Numbered from the whole stretch's first letter, positions 12,788 to 26,483 are shown. The stretch is 62,921 bases of DNA, filler included, from Reticulomyxa filosa (GCA_000512085.1; 11 parts of 11 records of this genome joined end to end with filler, not necessarily neighbours in it); one strand, 5' to 3'. Notes: a model not told the origin generated them from the letters alone. A program made the numbers and translations.

Positions 12788-13329
12788 AATGTGCCACATC
12801 GCAAAAAACAAATATTGGATTCGATACTCCAAAACGCTTGGCCAGACACTAAAATTTAACTTATATTGAACGTGTATATTGTTACCTTCAAATTCAACAG
12901 TTTGCTTTCAATATTCTTGGAACTGTGATTTCAAAAAATGCAATTTTTGAATGTTTAGTCGTAAACCTTCTTTTTCTAAAACGCATATGTTTTCTCACAA
13001 CAGATATCGTGGTTCTAGTAGAAAACACACCAAAAGTACTAAGTATTGAAAATAATAACTCAAGCGATATGTTTCAAAAATCCAATGAAATAATTTCATT
13101 AAAATTTAAAGAATTCTTTTTAGAAATACAGTTAAACGATAAGAAAATCACCGTTTGTAAAATTTTAAAATTTTCTGAATTCTCCAATCAATTCAAATAT
13201 TATTGCTTCTAGATTTACAAAACCCAGACCCCCTTTTACAACATTTTGTGCCTACGGTAAAGAGTTTCGGAAACCAAAATAAACATTTTTTCAAATTAAA
13301 TTTCATCATTTTTTCAATTTTCGTGTAGC

Positions 13330-13850
13330 AACAATCTGTTCATCAATCACATTTGCCAATCGAAATACATCACAAAAAAAGCAAATTCATGTGGTTTACT
13401 TTAACACGCTCACCATCAACAAAAAGCGAAAGTGAGCACGTATGCAAACTCAAAGGGTTTCCTTATTGCTCTTGGCGTGGTAATGAGCCTTGCAGTTATA
13501 ATACAAAAATTGCACGGCTCCCATTCACGCCTTTCAATTGCGCAATTTTATTTCCTTTCTTTGCGTCAATTTTTTGGTTAAAAAACAACAAAAACTGTAA
13601 CATACTTCTCTTTGTAATGCCTGCCACAGGAAATGTTCAAGTGTCCTTTTAAAGCTTCTTGTCACGTGAGTGTCTGCATTCCGTTGCGCCACTACTCACG
13701 GTAAATCGCAGCATGCTGGCAGAACATTTTTCAAAACTAACACGTTCAACTTTTTTGAACAGAACGCAAATCGAGCAATTTTTGAGGTTTGCTAAACGGA
13801 GTTTGGCTGTTTTGGTACAAACGAGCGAAATTCTCCAACCAAACAAATGC
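13330..13850 (-). pseudogene. Decayed C-CAP beta-helix paralogue, convergent with the YEATS gene
   Basis: LANLKNCSICVLFKKVERVSFEKCSASMLRFTVSSGATECRHSRD aligns without gaps to the neighbour's IDGCQDGDVTIESEKFKLLTIKNCSNLIIRFRTTLGSVEIHQSQN. Downstream there are stop codons. Confidence 0.45.
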
Positions 13851-14204
13851 TCATATTTTTACTTTAATAGTTTGTCATTTTTATCGTAAAGAATTATTCA
13901 AAAAATAGTATTGCCTGTCACAACTAAGCGATTATAACAAAATTGCTCACTAAACTGCAAACACTTGAAAAAAAGGTAGTATTCGTTAAAGTAGTACGAC
14001 GGTTATGTCTAAGATAGTTGACAAAAAACTGGGTTGAATGTTGAGCCCGGCTGAGATTATTCAACATTATCGCAATTATATTTGGTCGGTTGGTATTTTG
14101 ATAACTTAAAAGCTATATCTTGTTCAAAAAAGTTATTTCCTTTTCACTCAAGGGGATCATTTCTCTATCTTACGAGTTATTCCTTACGAAAACAACGCAA
14201 AACA

Positions 14205-15413
14205 ATGCAAATGACAATAAAATACAGTGAATTTTTTCAACGATAAGAAAAGCAAGACGAAGAAATTCAAAGACATTACAGGCAATCTCTCTGATTCAAC
14301 GGCACAAAAAATTCTCGAAGCGAATGTTAATAGTTTTTCTCATTTTATTTTTTTTTAGAAACTTATGGAATATTCTTTCCTTCTTAAAAAAAAGCTTTTT
14401 TGAAATGGAGAGGGGAGGTTGTGCTTTATTTTACGTATGGAAACATTACGTGCACAAACAAATGAACAAAAAGTAGAAATGGGACGTTCAAGCAGCATTG
14501 AATGATTTCTTCAACAATGCAAGTAAGTATGAAGGTGAAAAGAAAATCGTTTCCAGTGCGCCAGACAAGATGACGACACTATTTGATAAATACGCAGATA
14601 AAGATGACAAAGAGATCATGTCTGAAGCTGGAACGCTTCAATTTTTCAAAGATATTGGCATAAACCCCAATGGTAAAAAACTAACAAATTACACACTTTT
14701 TTTTTTTTTTTAAGGAGAGAAAGTGAGAACGAAGATAATATGCAAAAAAAAAAAAAAAAGATCTAATAGTGAACGTATAAAAAAAAAAGGGTTTGAGACA
14801 TTAGCTGTAGCTTGGCTGTTAAATTCCAGTGAAATGGGACTGATCCAACGCAAAGAGTTTGTAGACGGGTTTTCAGGACAAGCGTGCCTTTCCACTCAGG
14901 ATATCAAATCAGTGGTTAAAGCGAAACTTGCTTCGCTTGAGACAGAGGTTCAATTTAGACAATTTTACAAGTTTTGCATTATGTTTATGTTATATTGGTG
15001 TTGTTCTGTATACGTTGTATATGCATATATTATGACCCGCACGTATGTTTTTTTTTAATCCTCTTTTTTTTTTTTTTTTTAAAAAAAAAAACTACACATA
15101 TGATATCATAAACGAAACTAGATGGGTGTTTCAACATGTAAAAGAAGATGAGAAAAAAAAGACAATTCCAGTCACTCTGGCAGTTCAAGTGTGGAAAATT
15201 GCATTGGGTAGCAAACAAAAAGAACTGCCTTTGTTAGAGAAGTGGATTGCTTGGTGCGAACAGTCGAAAGATGTTAATGTTGTTAACAGAGATGTTTGGG
15301 AACAAGTTTATGATTTTTTGAAAGAAACTAAAACTTTGAACACTTATGATGACAGTGGAGCGTGGCCCGTCCAGATTGACGAATTTATTGCATGGGCTAA
15401 AGAACAACATTAA
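14205..15413 (+). CDS. DCN1: DCN1-like cullin neddylation E3 (UBA-like plus PONY), 4 exons
   Basis: AQKILEAN|KWDVQAALNDFF (UBA-like), LFDKYAD...GTLQFFKDIGINP, VAWLL..SEMG...EFVDG, FRQFYK|WVF and RDVWEQVYDF...YDDSGAWPVQIDEF. Confidence 0.93.
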
Positions 15414-15864
15414 TTTTTGCCGTTTTTTTTCTTTTTTTTTTCCCCCTTGATTCTTCTATTTCTTTTATCTTGTTATTTTTTAAGTGTTGCCGTGCAACAT
15501 AAGTTTTTTTTTAGATACACTATGTTGTAGTATTGTGATTTTGTTTTTAATGTTGTCTAAACCTTACTATTCAATATCAAATACAATCATACAATTCCTT
15601 GAACGTGAAATCTTTACTATATCCTGCTCCAAACTGACTTGCATCTTCATTTTTTGATTTACCACTTTCTAAAATTGTTTATCAACGTTTCAAAAATATC
15701 CTATGAATTCGCTTTGTGATCAAGACACTTGGCACATATTTTTACTTTTTTCTATGTTTGTGTGCTTTGCCCTTTTTTTTTTTGAACTTGTACCAAATCC
15801 AAAAAGTGTTTCTTCGTGTGGAAGCTCTTTGAAATTTTGAGCTAAAAAAAAAAATTGCCAAATA

Positions 15865-16688
15865 ATGCCTGCTAGGACACGGTCGTTGTATTTCATTCCC
15901 TTACTAAACAGGAATGACAACTCTTCGAGAGACACCGAGAAGAGCGAGTTTGCAAGGTCACAAGAGTTTGGCAGCCTATCACTCTGGAAATCACGAAACG
16001 AACTGGAACGCGACTTGCGATACTTGCGCAGATCAACATCAAATCTGTACGACTGGACAAATGACGAGGGACTGTTGTACCCTCCCGATTTAAGCAGACG
16101 AATGTTGTTAACCACAATACTAATGCTCATACCGACTGCCTTGGCGTATTACTATTGTTTGACAGACATGTTCATTGGTTCTGGTATTGTGTTGTTTAAT
16201 AGGTAATTTATATTTGCCTTGGTTGGCACATATTAAAATGTTTTTTTTTTTCCTTCCCAAATTTGTGTTTCCGTGCATCACTTTTTTTTTTGGGCGGGGG
16301 GGGGGGGCACGATGAACATGTGAAAAGTTTGAACTTGTGGCGAAAACCCAAACTTGGATTTCGTCGAAACTTTGACATTGTTTGTGTGTTCGCAAGTGTC
16401 TGGTATCACATGTACGTATGCTTTACAGAAGTGTCGATAAATTTTCAGATATTTTATATGTGTATCGTGTTATGCGCAATTTTTAGTTATTCCCAGAGCA
16501 GTAAGTTTAGAGAAAAAGGTGATATCAACTTTGATTCACTTTTTCATTGCACACTGCATTTAATTGGTATAATCGGTAATACGACTTTTTATACTCAGTT
16601 GGTGGTGCATCGCACCCAACGTGGTGCTCCCAATGACTCTTGTCCTCTCGGCTCCTTTTGGGCATATTCCACAGGCCTCCAGCAATGA
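15865..16688 (+). CDS. Multi-pass membrane protein, CREST-superfamily-like putative hydrolase
   Basis: Hydrophobic helices with SLNLWRKPKLGFRRNFD and FHCTLH (HxxxH) motifs. One intron at ~16203-16327. Confidence 0.55.
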
Positions 16689-17314
16689 CTTTGCTTTATA
16701 ACATTATTTGTAAGAACTTACAGAAAGGGAGACAAGAAAAATATTCTTGGTTTTGTACGCTTTCCTTTTATTGATTTTCTTTTTTTTTTTTTTTAGTTGT
16801 GGTAAACGACCAATTCATCAATATAGCTTGTTGTTGTACTTTATTTTGGATTTTGCGGCTTCAATCTGATGTATTGCTCCTTATTAAGCTAATAACAAAT
16901 CAAACTAGATTTCTTTCCCTTTCTTTTCCCCTTTTGTAGAAATTCTTTTCCCGTGCATCTAACTCTTAACAATGTAATCGGCTAAAAAAAACTCTCAATT
17001 TTCTTTTTTCCAAAAGAAAAAAAAAGATCGTGAGACTTTGTCTTCTTCGACCAGGTTTTAATGTTATACAGTAAATACGTACTTAGTAAATTTTGCTGTG
17101 AGAGTGTTTGCCTTTTATGTAAAAAGAGAAACAACCACTCAAGCCAAAAATAAAGGTACATAACACCCATTATTAACTGACCTTTTTTTATTGTAAGGAA
17201 AGTTCTGCACAAACACATTGTCGGTGTAGTAGTAAAAAAAAAGTACAACTAATTTACAGCAAATTTGTATAATTGAGATAACTACTTTGAAATCAGTGAC
17301 ATAAATTTTTTGTT

Positions 17315-17480
17315 CTAAATTTTTCTTTCATTTAAAATGGACAGGAAAATTTGATGTTTTTTGTTAATACATTGAAAGTTTCTGGACGCTTTCTTAAAAA
17401 AAATCGATAAAACGATTTGAACATAACTTTGTGGCTCCAAAGTTTCAAAGTTTTGATTTATGCTCAACAAATCACGAATA
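17315..17480 (-). pseudogene. Fragment of a Kelch-family 5' end
   Basis: INQNFETLE repeats the start of the adjacent Kelch-like copy (INQNFQTLEE). Confidence 0.4.
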
Positions 17481-17739
17481 TTCATGTTATCATATGCAGT
17501 AGAATGCAAAAGAAAGTTGCTAAAGTGGCATATTATATAGATGATTTACACTATATTTTTCATACTAAAATATTTCATTGTTATTAATAGAAATAAGCTC
17601 AATTATTTTTCATTTTAAATCATCAAAGAAGATATTAAGCAAAAAACAAATAATAAAAAAAGTATTTATATCAACAAGGCAATAGAGATAAAATAAAAAT
17701 CATAATCAAAACCATAAGGTTTATAGATATTTAATTATG

Positions 17740-18919
17740 CTTATTCATCAAAAAATCAATTATATCTATATACTGTATTTAAAAATAATTTGATCTTTAA
17801 ATTTTGAACCCAATGTTCAACAATATATTTTATTTCATTTTTTGGCTGTTATTATTTGTCGATCATTTCATACAATCAAATTTATTTATGTTTCGTCAAA
17901 ACAAATAATACATAAACAAATCATTACCAACAGTGAAGGATCACATGAACGCACTATGGTCTTCATATGAGTTGATACTGTCTTTTCCTACAATAATATG
18001 TATATGATTGTCTTCTTCATTCAATATTGCGACACAATTATATAATGGACTGGGTAAAGCGTTTTCAAGTGTCACCTATTCGTTTTCTCGAATTGGATAC
18101 TTGTTCACTGATTTTAAATAAACGAATTCAATACCATTACAACTATTTCCACCAAGAACAAAATGACATCACTAATACATACACATGAATATTGATAAAA
18201 TGGTGCAATATAATCACAAACATGTAGACCATAAAATTGAAAATTGTTGTTATCTTCATCATATTCAATTGATAATCTTGTTTTTTGATGAAACAACAGC
18301 ATTTGATAATTTTGTTTATTTGTTTTCATCATTTCTTGTCACTTCCATTTTTTGACTTTGATACAAAGCAATGAAATTAAATATATCATTATTTGGTAAA
18401 GTATCATGTTTAATCAATTGAAATATATTTAAATCAAACACACTAACATATTTCTTGGATAAGTGATAAATAATAAATGTTGCTGATTCCACCAATCAAT
18501 GCACGCATTAATCGATAATTATCATTATATCTTCCAATGATAACTGGATAATTATGATTATATGTGAAAGGAACACATTGATTGTAATTGCTTAATTCAT
18601 TTGATTTGTTTGATATATTAATCCAAACACTTACATATTTCATAACTAATATATGTTTATTAGCTCCACCAAAAGACAACAAAGTGATTTGATTGCTATC
18701 TTTGTTGTTATTGTTATTATCTACCAGTTGTACTTTTAAGTCAACATCACTTGGATACTCACAGATAAACTTGTATTCGTTTTTGAGTGTATGACAAGAA
18801 CAACAAGCGCTTTCATCTTGACATCCACGAATGAGGATTTCGTGTTTGTATATCACACATTGAGATTCTGTCAGTTGAGTGGGCAACTCCTCCAAAGTTT
18901 GAAAGTTTTGGTTGATCAT
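17740..18919 (-). pseudogene. Kelch-like beta-propeller family member (lineage-expanded), disrupted
   Basis: MINQNFQTLEELPTQLTESQCVIYKHEILI...HTLKNEYKFICEYPSDV...QITLLSFGG...RALIGG and LSIEYDEDNNNFQF...YSCVCISDVILF, broken by frameshifts and stops. Confidence 0.8.
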
Positions 18920-20415
18920 GTTGTTAAGTTGACTAGTTCAGAAAGTGGAATTACATAAAAAATTATCTTCCTTCGAAGTAAAAAAGAATCCTTTTTGAGA
19001 TATATAGTTGTCTTGTATCATTTTTTTGAAAATAAAGTAGATAAATTCAAAAAATTATCTCGTTTGAGTTTACAATGAAAAACATATTGAAGGTTTCGAT
19101 TGTTCCAACCCATTTTTTTTTTTTTTATCTAACTATAAACTACAAAAAAAGCTAAGTGGACTTAACAAGACTAAAAAATACTGCATAAGGTGTTATAAAT
19201 CGCCAACAATCAAAAACTACTTTTAGAACGCAACCAGTTTCATTTTCTTATTTGACTTATTCATAGTTTTGTTTTTGTTACTCTATACAGTTATTTATTT
19301 AAAATCAAAAAATAATATCACAAAATCGATGAGTTGCAAAATGTAAAAATAAAAACTGTTTGTCTTGTATATAAGGTTCCCCTTAAAGAAGTCTGTAAGT
19401 GTTTGAATGCTATCTCGAGCGAATTTCCTCAAAACAAAAAGTTAATAAACTTGAAAAGGAGCTAGCCCCAAAGAAAACAGAGAGTTTTGGAAAAGAAGTA
19501 AGAGAAAAGTTTTTAGAAAAACGATTTCGACGTTCCACTTGAACTTTGTTAACCACAAGCAGGCCTTACCATACAGTATGGAGTAAAAATTGATTTATGA
19601 TACTTGAAAAATGTCCGATTGAATAACATGATTTTTTAAATAATTTTTCTTATTATTTATTTCAAGCGTGTGTGCAAATACACTCTTTATCAATTAACAG
19701 CATTCCGCTTTAAATCTAAGAATACATTGTTGCCTTTGATGATACTATTCTAAAGTGGATAATAAAAACAGAAGTGTTTATTCAACTTGAGTTTTGTCAA
19801 AAGATAAACTCCATAAACTGTTTCACTGTTTGTGTTTCGAACATTTGCAATAGCTGTGTTCAATAGTTTGCCATTCCAATCTTTGTTGTGATAATCAGAA
19901 ATTAAAAAGATTGCTCTTTCTTAAAAAAAAGAATGGTAATAACATCTTGACGAATAAGAATCAAGTAATTTGATTTTGTAAGAGGAAGCTACAGATCCGC
20001 ATAGACTGTTTTAAGTAAAATCCAAAACGGAACGTACCTGACGTATAACAAGTATCAATGGGGTGTACATATAATATTTGGCTTCACCTTTAATTGAGTG
20101 TTGATGCATTTTAAAATACGCATACACAATTTGGTAAATCAATACCAAAACTCAACAAACCAAATCTCCAATTGTTTTTGTTTTTTTGGGGGTTTTTTTC
20201 AATCAATGTCTACTGTTTGTGCCCAAGGGAATTTTATAAAAAAAAAAGTGCACCTCAAAATCAAAGAAAAAAAAAGACAACAAATTTACCACACTCTTTC
20301 TAACCTTCAGAAGATAAGGGAATGAACACAAAAAAACAAAAAGAAAAAAAGTAACAAAAAAAAAAAAAGGGGGATAGCACAGCACAAAAAAAAAAAAAAA
20401 AAAAAAAGAAAAACA

Positions 20416-20954
20416 TTATTGTTTGGGCTGTTGGAAAGCAGCCCCGCCTAAATGCAGGGACATTCCGCCAGTCTTGGTGCTACACGCAGGGATGGGAGTA
20501 GTCCTTGCGTTCTCAAGAGCGGGGCCATATTCGACCCCCCAAATATACTGTAAGAAGCGTGACATCGGGTTAAGTTTCAAGTTATCGTGTTCTTTTTGGG
20601 CGGCAATGACTGATTCTTTCAGTTGGGTAAGTTTCTGTTGTTCCCTGGCTTCCCATTGCATGCGCTCCATCAAATATCGTGAGAGATACTCGTACACACG
20701 CCAAAAAGGCAAGCGTTTTCCGCGGATCATTTGCAGCAAAGACTCGGACGAGACATCGACACTGGGATGCAAGATTTTCAGTGCAGCACAAGTCAAGTGC
20801 AAGTACTCCTCATACGCATCCGTGGATTGCTGTTGTTTTTTGCGTTGAGCTTTTTCAGCGTCATTGGCATTACGAATTGGAATTGGAATTGGAATTGAAA
20901 TTGGGTTTACATTTAGATTTAGATTTAGATTATTAGGATTAAAATTTGGATTTG
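20416..20954 (-). CDS. 3' end of an uncharacterised protein (Asn/Ser linker plus helical domain)
   Basis: Open frame from the gap to the stop: NLNL/NSNS repeats, then YEEYLHLTCAALKIL...LPFWRVYEYLSRYLMERM. Confidence 0.55.
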
Positions 20955-21054
20955 NNNNNNNNNNNNNNNNNNNNNNNNNNNNNNNNNNNNNNNNNNNNTT
21001 AATTAATTAANNNNNNNNNNNNNNNNNNNNNNNNNNNNNNNNNNNNNNNNNNNN
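20955..21054. other. Assembly gap linker
   Basis: N44-TTAATTAATTAA-N44. Confidence 0.98.
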
Positions 21055-22320
21055 ATTGACTATAGATTTGTTATTCGATAGAGTTAGTACCTTACTAACT
21101 TCGTTTGATTCGTGTTTCAGCAGAACACACAGTAGCTCTTTTCCTTTTGGTTGACTCAATTGAAAGGCATAATACTCCCCCACCATGGTTGGGTCAATCA
21201 TGAAACATTTGCTGTTCCAAATACTCTTCAATGTTGACCTTGGCCCAAACTCCGTTCGCTCTGCCAAGCATCGCGTTGCTCACTTCGTCTTCGGGCTTGG
21301 ATTCCGACTCCATTTTCCAACTTTGACTCATACTCGGACCACATATCCAAAGGCTCTTTTTTTTGGGATGCTTTATTTGTATTGGCGTTTACTTTGTCCT
21401 TTGGCAAAAGTAATGATAGTGTGAGCGAATGCGACCCAACGCTGTTTTGTCTATGCCCCTGTGGTATTCTCCTATGTGATTAATGCCAAGCCTTTGATTA
21501 ATCTTCAAACACGTAACGCACTCTATTATTTGACCATAGCCGCATATCAGACCATAATTCTTTAATAGCGCGTACATATTGTCATTGTCCATGTGTGAAA
21601 ATAGATTATTCAACCACCAAATTTTGTTCAATAGCATTTGCGCTTCGCTACCATTGGGATTGCGATTGCTGTTTTTCATTGCATCCACGACTCCGACGTA
21701 TTTTTGTAGAGTCAAGATATGGCTCTCCCAATAATTGTGAAATACAATAGTTGTTGATACACAAGATGCTCAAGACAGCAATGCATAACGTGATTATCTG
21801 CGATGCTCTGTCCATGTCGTTTGTGTCGTTTATATTGTTTGTTCGCATTATCTTTGTCTTGTTCGCAGTACAAGGCGATGAGTTTGTACAATTTTCGTTC
21901 TTTCCATCTTCTTTCTGACTTCCTCAATATTAAAACATTCATAGTGACAAAAGAGATTAATAAGGGCTTTTATTGTGATGAAGTTTGTTTTGTTACCTTT
22001 TTCTTCAACAACATTACTGGGACCTGGCTACTGGTTGTTTGGTTGTGGTGAAGTTTTGGCTGGAAGAGATATGTTATTGTTGCTTGAGTTGTTTCCATCG
22101 CCATGTTCAATTGGAATTGTGATAGATGGATCATGGCTCTTTGGTAATAGCATCAGTACTGGCTCTTTTTTTTTCTCCTGATACTTTTGCAGTTGCACTT
22201 TTAGTTCTTCATTATTCATGCGGCGATGCAAATAATTCATTGTTTCACTTTGGCCAAGTCATTCAACAATGTTCTCGCGCTGGTGTCCTTTCCACTCACA
22301 ATATAGCTAGATTGGAAGAT
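21055..22320 (-). pseudogene. Fragmented coding region, product unknown
   Basis: Chain of abutting minus-strand ORFs (22028-22240, 21712-21942, 21389-21715, 21055-21267) separated by stops and frameshifts. Confidence 0.45.
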
Positions 22321-22772
22321 TGTGATCTATTTTTTATTTCATATATTTTTTTGTAAGTATGTCTATTTGATTTTTTAAAAACATACAAGAAAAAAAAATA
22401 ATTAACTAATGTTGACATCCCACGCGGGATATAATCATTTTTTCAAATATTAAAAAACAAATTTAATAATAATTTCTTCTTCTTTTCTTTTTTTTTCTTT
22501 ATTTATTTATTTTCATTATATTCTTTTTTTTTTTTTGCATACTTTTTTCTTTTTTAATTTCATTTTTCCTTTTTCCTTTTTTCTTCTTTTTTTCTTTATT
22601 TATTATTCCATTTTTTTTATTAATATATTTTTTTCTTCAACAATTTTTTTTCTTTTTATTATTCCATTTCTTTTTTTTTTCTACTTTTTTCCCCATTTCC
22701 ATTAATAATTTCACCCCTTTTTCTACAAACCCACCATTTAAAGATACATAACATTTGGTACTTTTCTTGATT

Positions 22773-22872
22773 NNNNNNNNNNNNNNNNNNNNNNNNNNNN
22801 NNNNNNNNNNNNNNNNTTAATTAATTAANNNNNNNNNNNNNNNNNNNNNNNNNNNNNNNNNNNNNNNNNNNN
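22773..22872. other. Assembly gap linker
   Basis: N44-TTAATTAATTAA-N44. Confidence 0.98.
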
Positions 22873-22923
22873 GATAACAAGAACAAAAAGAATGAACAAA
22901 GCCACAGTCGTGGTATTAACAGC

Positions 22924-22956
<33 letters not shown>

Positions 22957-23184
22957 AACAATAGTAACAATGTCAAAAGTACTGGCTCTAGCAATAGTGC
23001 TAGTAGCAGTAATAGCGCTATAATGAGTGGTGAGCACCATCCTCCCACTCCCTTTTTAGACGATACATTGGCCAATGGAAACGAAAGTGATGTGACTAGT
23101 CCCAATGATCGCCAAACACAACAAAGGCCTAGTCTACAAATCATTTCTTCTGATAAAAGCATTAGAGAAGATGACACTGAATAA
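22873..23184 (+). CDS. Low-complexity Asn/Ser-rich C-terminus of a gene truncated by the gap
   Basis: Open frame DNKNKK...(AAC)n poly-Asn...SIREDDTE*, followed by a T-rich 3' region. Confidence 0.55.
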
Positions 23185-24715
23185 ATAAAAAAGAGGCTCT
23201 TCTTACTTAATTCACTCTTTTTATTGTCGTGTTTTTTTTGTTTTGTTTTTTTTTTGATCATTTTTATTTTTTTTATTAATAAAATATATATTAATATAAC
23301 AAAAAAGCGCCTTTGAAGTTGTTTATAATACATGTTTGTGATTATCTTTTTTAAATTTTTGTTGGTTTATTTTTGTGTTGTTGTTTTTGCTCTTTTTTTT
23401 TTTGTGGTGTTTTTCCCTTGTTTGCTCCCCCTCCCCTTTTTAGAGATGAGGGATGTCCAGATTGTTCTTGTTATTATCGCTTTATATTTTGGTGTGCTTC
23501 TTTTTATTTGGATGGTTGTTGTTCATACAGTCGTTTGTTTTTATTTCAGTTTGTGTCCGTTCCTAACGTCTTCAAATATTTGATTTTCTATTCTTTTTTT
23601 TTTCTTTTTTCTCCCATTTATTTTTTGTGGTTTTTTCATGTTTGTGTCTGTCCTAGTTTTTTTTCTTTTCCTTTTTTTTTCTGTCAAATGAAAAAAATGC
23701 ACATTTCTTTGATAGTGACTTGTTGATACAAATATTTGGTAGGTTGGTTAGTACAAACTTCACTTGGTCATTGTCAAAACCGGTTCCCTTTAAAAAAAAA
23801 TAATTGTCAAGTCTGTTCTGCAAGTTCTTTCTCAAATACAATTCAACACAGATCATTAAATTCAAAATAATTATTTCATTTTTTTATACATTTTTTCTTA
23901 TCGAGAGAATTTTTATTAAAAAAGAACAATATGAAAAAAAACATTGTCAGTATTAATCAACTAGTGCTTTAATTTCACCAAAAAGCAAGTGTTTTTGAGG
24001 AAATGAAAAGTTTGAAAGGGTTTTTCGTTTTGGAGTGAGTCAATCTAATTCAATATACTTTTTTATGTTACATAGTGCCTTGTACTATAAAAAAATTAAA
24101 CTGTGCTGTCGTTTTTCAAAAGCTGTAATCAATAAGCACTTTAGTTGCGTGAGCTCGCAGAGTTTCACTAAAATGTCAACCAAAAACTGCATCAATCATT
24201 GCTGTATACACTTCTCGAAATTTCTGTTACATTTGATTACATATTATTGTATAATTTGTAAAAACGGACTATAATTTTTACTTTTATTCGTTAGTTGAAA
24301 GATAACTACCCGTACTTGTTATCACAAAATGGAAGCATCTGCCATGTATCGTAATGTACTTTTTTGTACAAACTATTATTGTCTGTTGTAATTTTTTTTA
24401 TCATTTTTTTAACAAAAGTTAAATAATTTTAAATTTTAATTTTCTGTATTTAAAAATTTTTAAACTTGTAATTCTATTATTTTCTGTAGCGGCAATTTGC
24501 TTGAGCAGAAACACATTAAGAGTAGCAGAAATAACAAAAAAAGCCCAATGCTCTAACTAACTTTTTGGTGAGCTCAAACTGAGAAACTTGCAGTGTTTTT
24601 TCAGGAAAAAAAAATAAAGGGAAAAATATGATTCATTGAATTATTTGGGATTGTTGTTAGAGCAAAGAGGCAATAATTGTTTATCACAAATTTGCACAAA
24701 AAAATACCTCAAGAA

Positions 24716-25594
24716 ATGTCTGGCGACTTGAAGCACCGATTGTTGATTCCGTTAAACGAGTCTCAAGTCATTTTATTGGTTTCTAGCTTACAAAATGACT
24801 CGCTTCAATGTGAGCCATGTTCTATTTTCAGTCCTCACAATTTGCTTGTTGGATGTAGTAATTGCGCTCAGCCTGCAAATGTGACACCAAAGAATTACCA
24901 AAATTACCAAACGAGCCAAAGCAACCTGCCAAGTTCATGTGACATATGGTTCGACCAAGGTCTTGCAAACATCAATTTACCTGTGTCTGGTAGTGCTATA
25001 GCAAATGGTATTGAGTTTCTTCAACACGACCATTATCTACACCAAAGAGGTATACGTATCACTTCTTCAAGTATACGTTTTTTTTTTTATTAATATCTTT
25101 ATGAGCCCCCCTATACTTCTTCTGTGACTTTTCTTCGGTCATGCAATTAACTAGAGCACACAAATGTTACACTTTTTTTTTTTAATTAAAAAAAAAAAAA
25201 AAAAAAAAAAAAGAAATTGATGACAAATAACACGGTCAAGACAAACTAATGTTTGATTGAACAGAGGCATCAGCGATTATGAATGATTGGCACCAACCAA
25301 GCATGCCAATTATTAACCTAACCGAATTGAATGCAAAAAGCTGCGACATTTTCAATGTCCCGTTGGCGAAAATGCAGCGCGAAAAAATACTTCCAGCGCT
25401 GACCACGACGCCATTTAGCAGCAACAGCAGCGACAGCATCACTCATGATCAATCATGCGAACAAAAACCAGAGCCAAGATTGACCAACCCAATGGCCCTT
25501 TGTCCACCTATTCCACCTGTTATCCATCCTCTGAGTTTCGCAACAAAGCAAGCCAATTTTTTTTATTTATTATTATTTTATTTTTTTTTTATTA
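24716..25594 (+). CDS. Uncharacterised intron-containing protein, 5' part
   Basis: ORFs 24677-25093 and 25279-25594 are separated by a T-tract/A-tract intron-like segment. Confidence 0.45.
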
Positions 25595-25694
25595 NNNNNN
25601 NNNNNNNNNNNNNNNNNNNNNNNNNNNNNNNNNNNNNNTTAATTAATTAANNNNNNNNNNNNNNNNNNNNNNNNNNNNNNNNNNNNNNNNNNNN
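25595..25694. other. Assembly gap linker
   Basis: N44-TTAATTAATTAA-N44. Confidence 0.98.
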
Positions 25695-26483
25695 TATTGT
25701 TGTTATTGTTGTTATTGTTGTTATTGTTGTTGTTATTGTTTGTGGCGTTATTGTGATGGTGATGAAGTGACACTGCAGTCATAGGCTCGCGATCTCTTCG
25801 CGGTTGCTGTGCGGTCAACAACATGCTTCCTGGAGGAGGAGTATGGAAAACGCGAATACCACCCGCACTGTTACTATGAGGAGGATACGGATGATGGCCC
25901 TGGTTTCTTCCCTTCCCCTCGTTATTCTTTGATTTCGTTGCGTTCAGTATACGTTTGCCTAAAGACCTTGATTGCTCTCTTGTTGGTACATTTTCATTGC
26001 TGCTGGTCATACTTGCTGTGTCATCTGGAGAGTGTTGTGCAGACATATCTTCATTGTTTATTGGATAGGACTCAATTGGACTTGATTTTTGAACGTTCAT
26101 CAAAGATGGCTTTGTTAATGTCATGGATCGTTTTAACTTTATTCAGTAATATATGTACATGTATATATATATTTTTTTTTTTATTTTTTTTGGAGGTTCA
26201 ATATATGCATATTTTTTTTTCTTATAAACAACGCCCGAACAAACCATCTTTCTGTGTTCCTTGAATATTTGTCGTACTTGACTAAATTTTATCTCATTTA
26301 TTTTCAAGTTTTGCTTGCAATAGTTATACAATACCAGAGCATTTGCTGGACCGATGCCAAAATCTTGTTCATAACGGCTCCAGACATCTACAGTGAGCAA
26401 TGTTGTCATATGTCTGCACTGTTTCCCCCCTATTTTTGAGGAAAAGCTTCAAATTCTTTAATATTCTTTAGTGAAGTGTAGCT
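25695..26483 (-). CDS. Protein with an N-terminal SAM-like domain and a Ser/Asn/His-rich region (5' part)
   Basis: FEAFPQKIGGKQ..MTTLLTVDVWSRYEQDFGIGPANALVLY has SAM-like spacing. The next exon leads into poly-His/poly-Asn. Confidence 0.45.

Noticed and set aside
19000-20100. Possible gene in this intergenic stretch
   Set aside because: Only short broken frames, with no motif I can assign.
22821-23726. Hydrophobic poly-Leu/Val/Phe ORFs resembling membrane proteins
   Set aside because: Artefacts of reading (AAC)n antisense and of T-rich 3' non-coding DNA.
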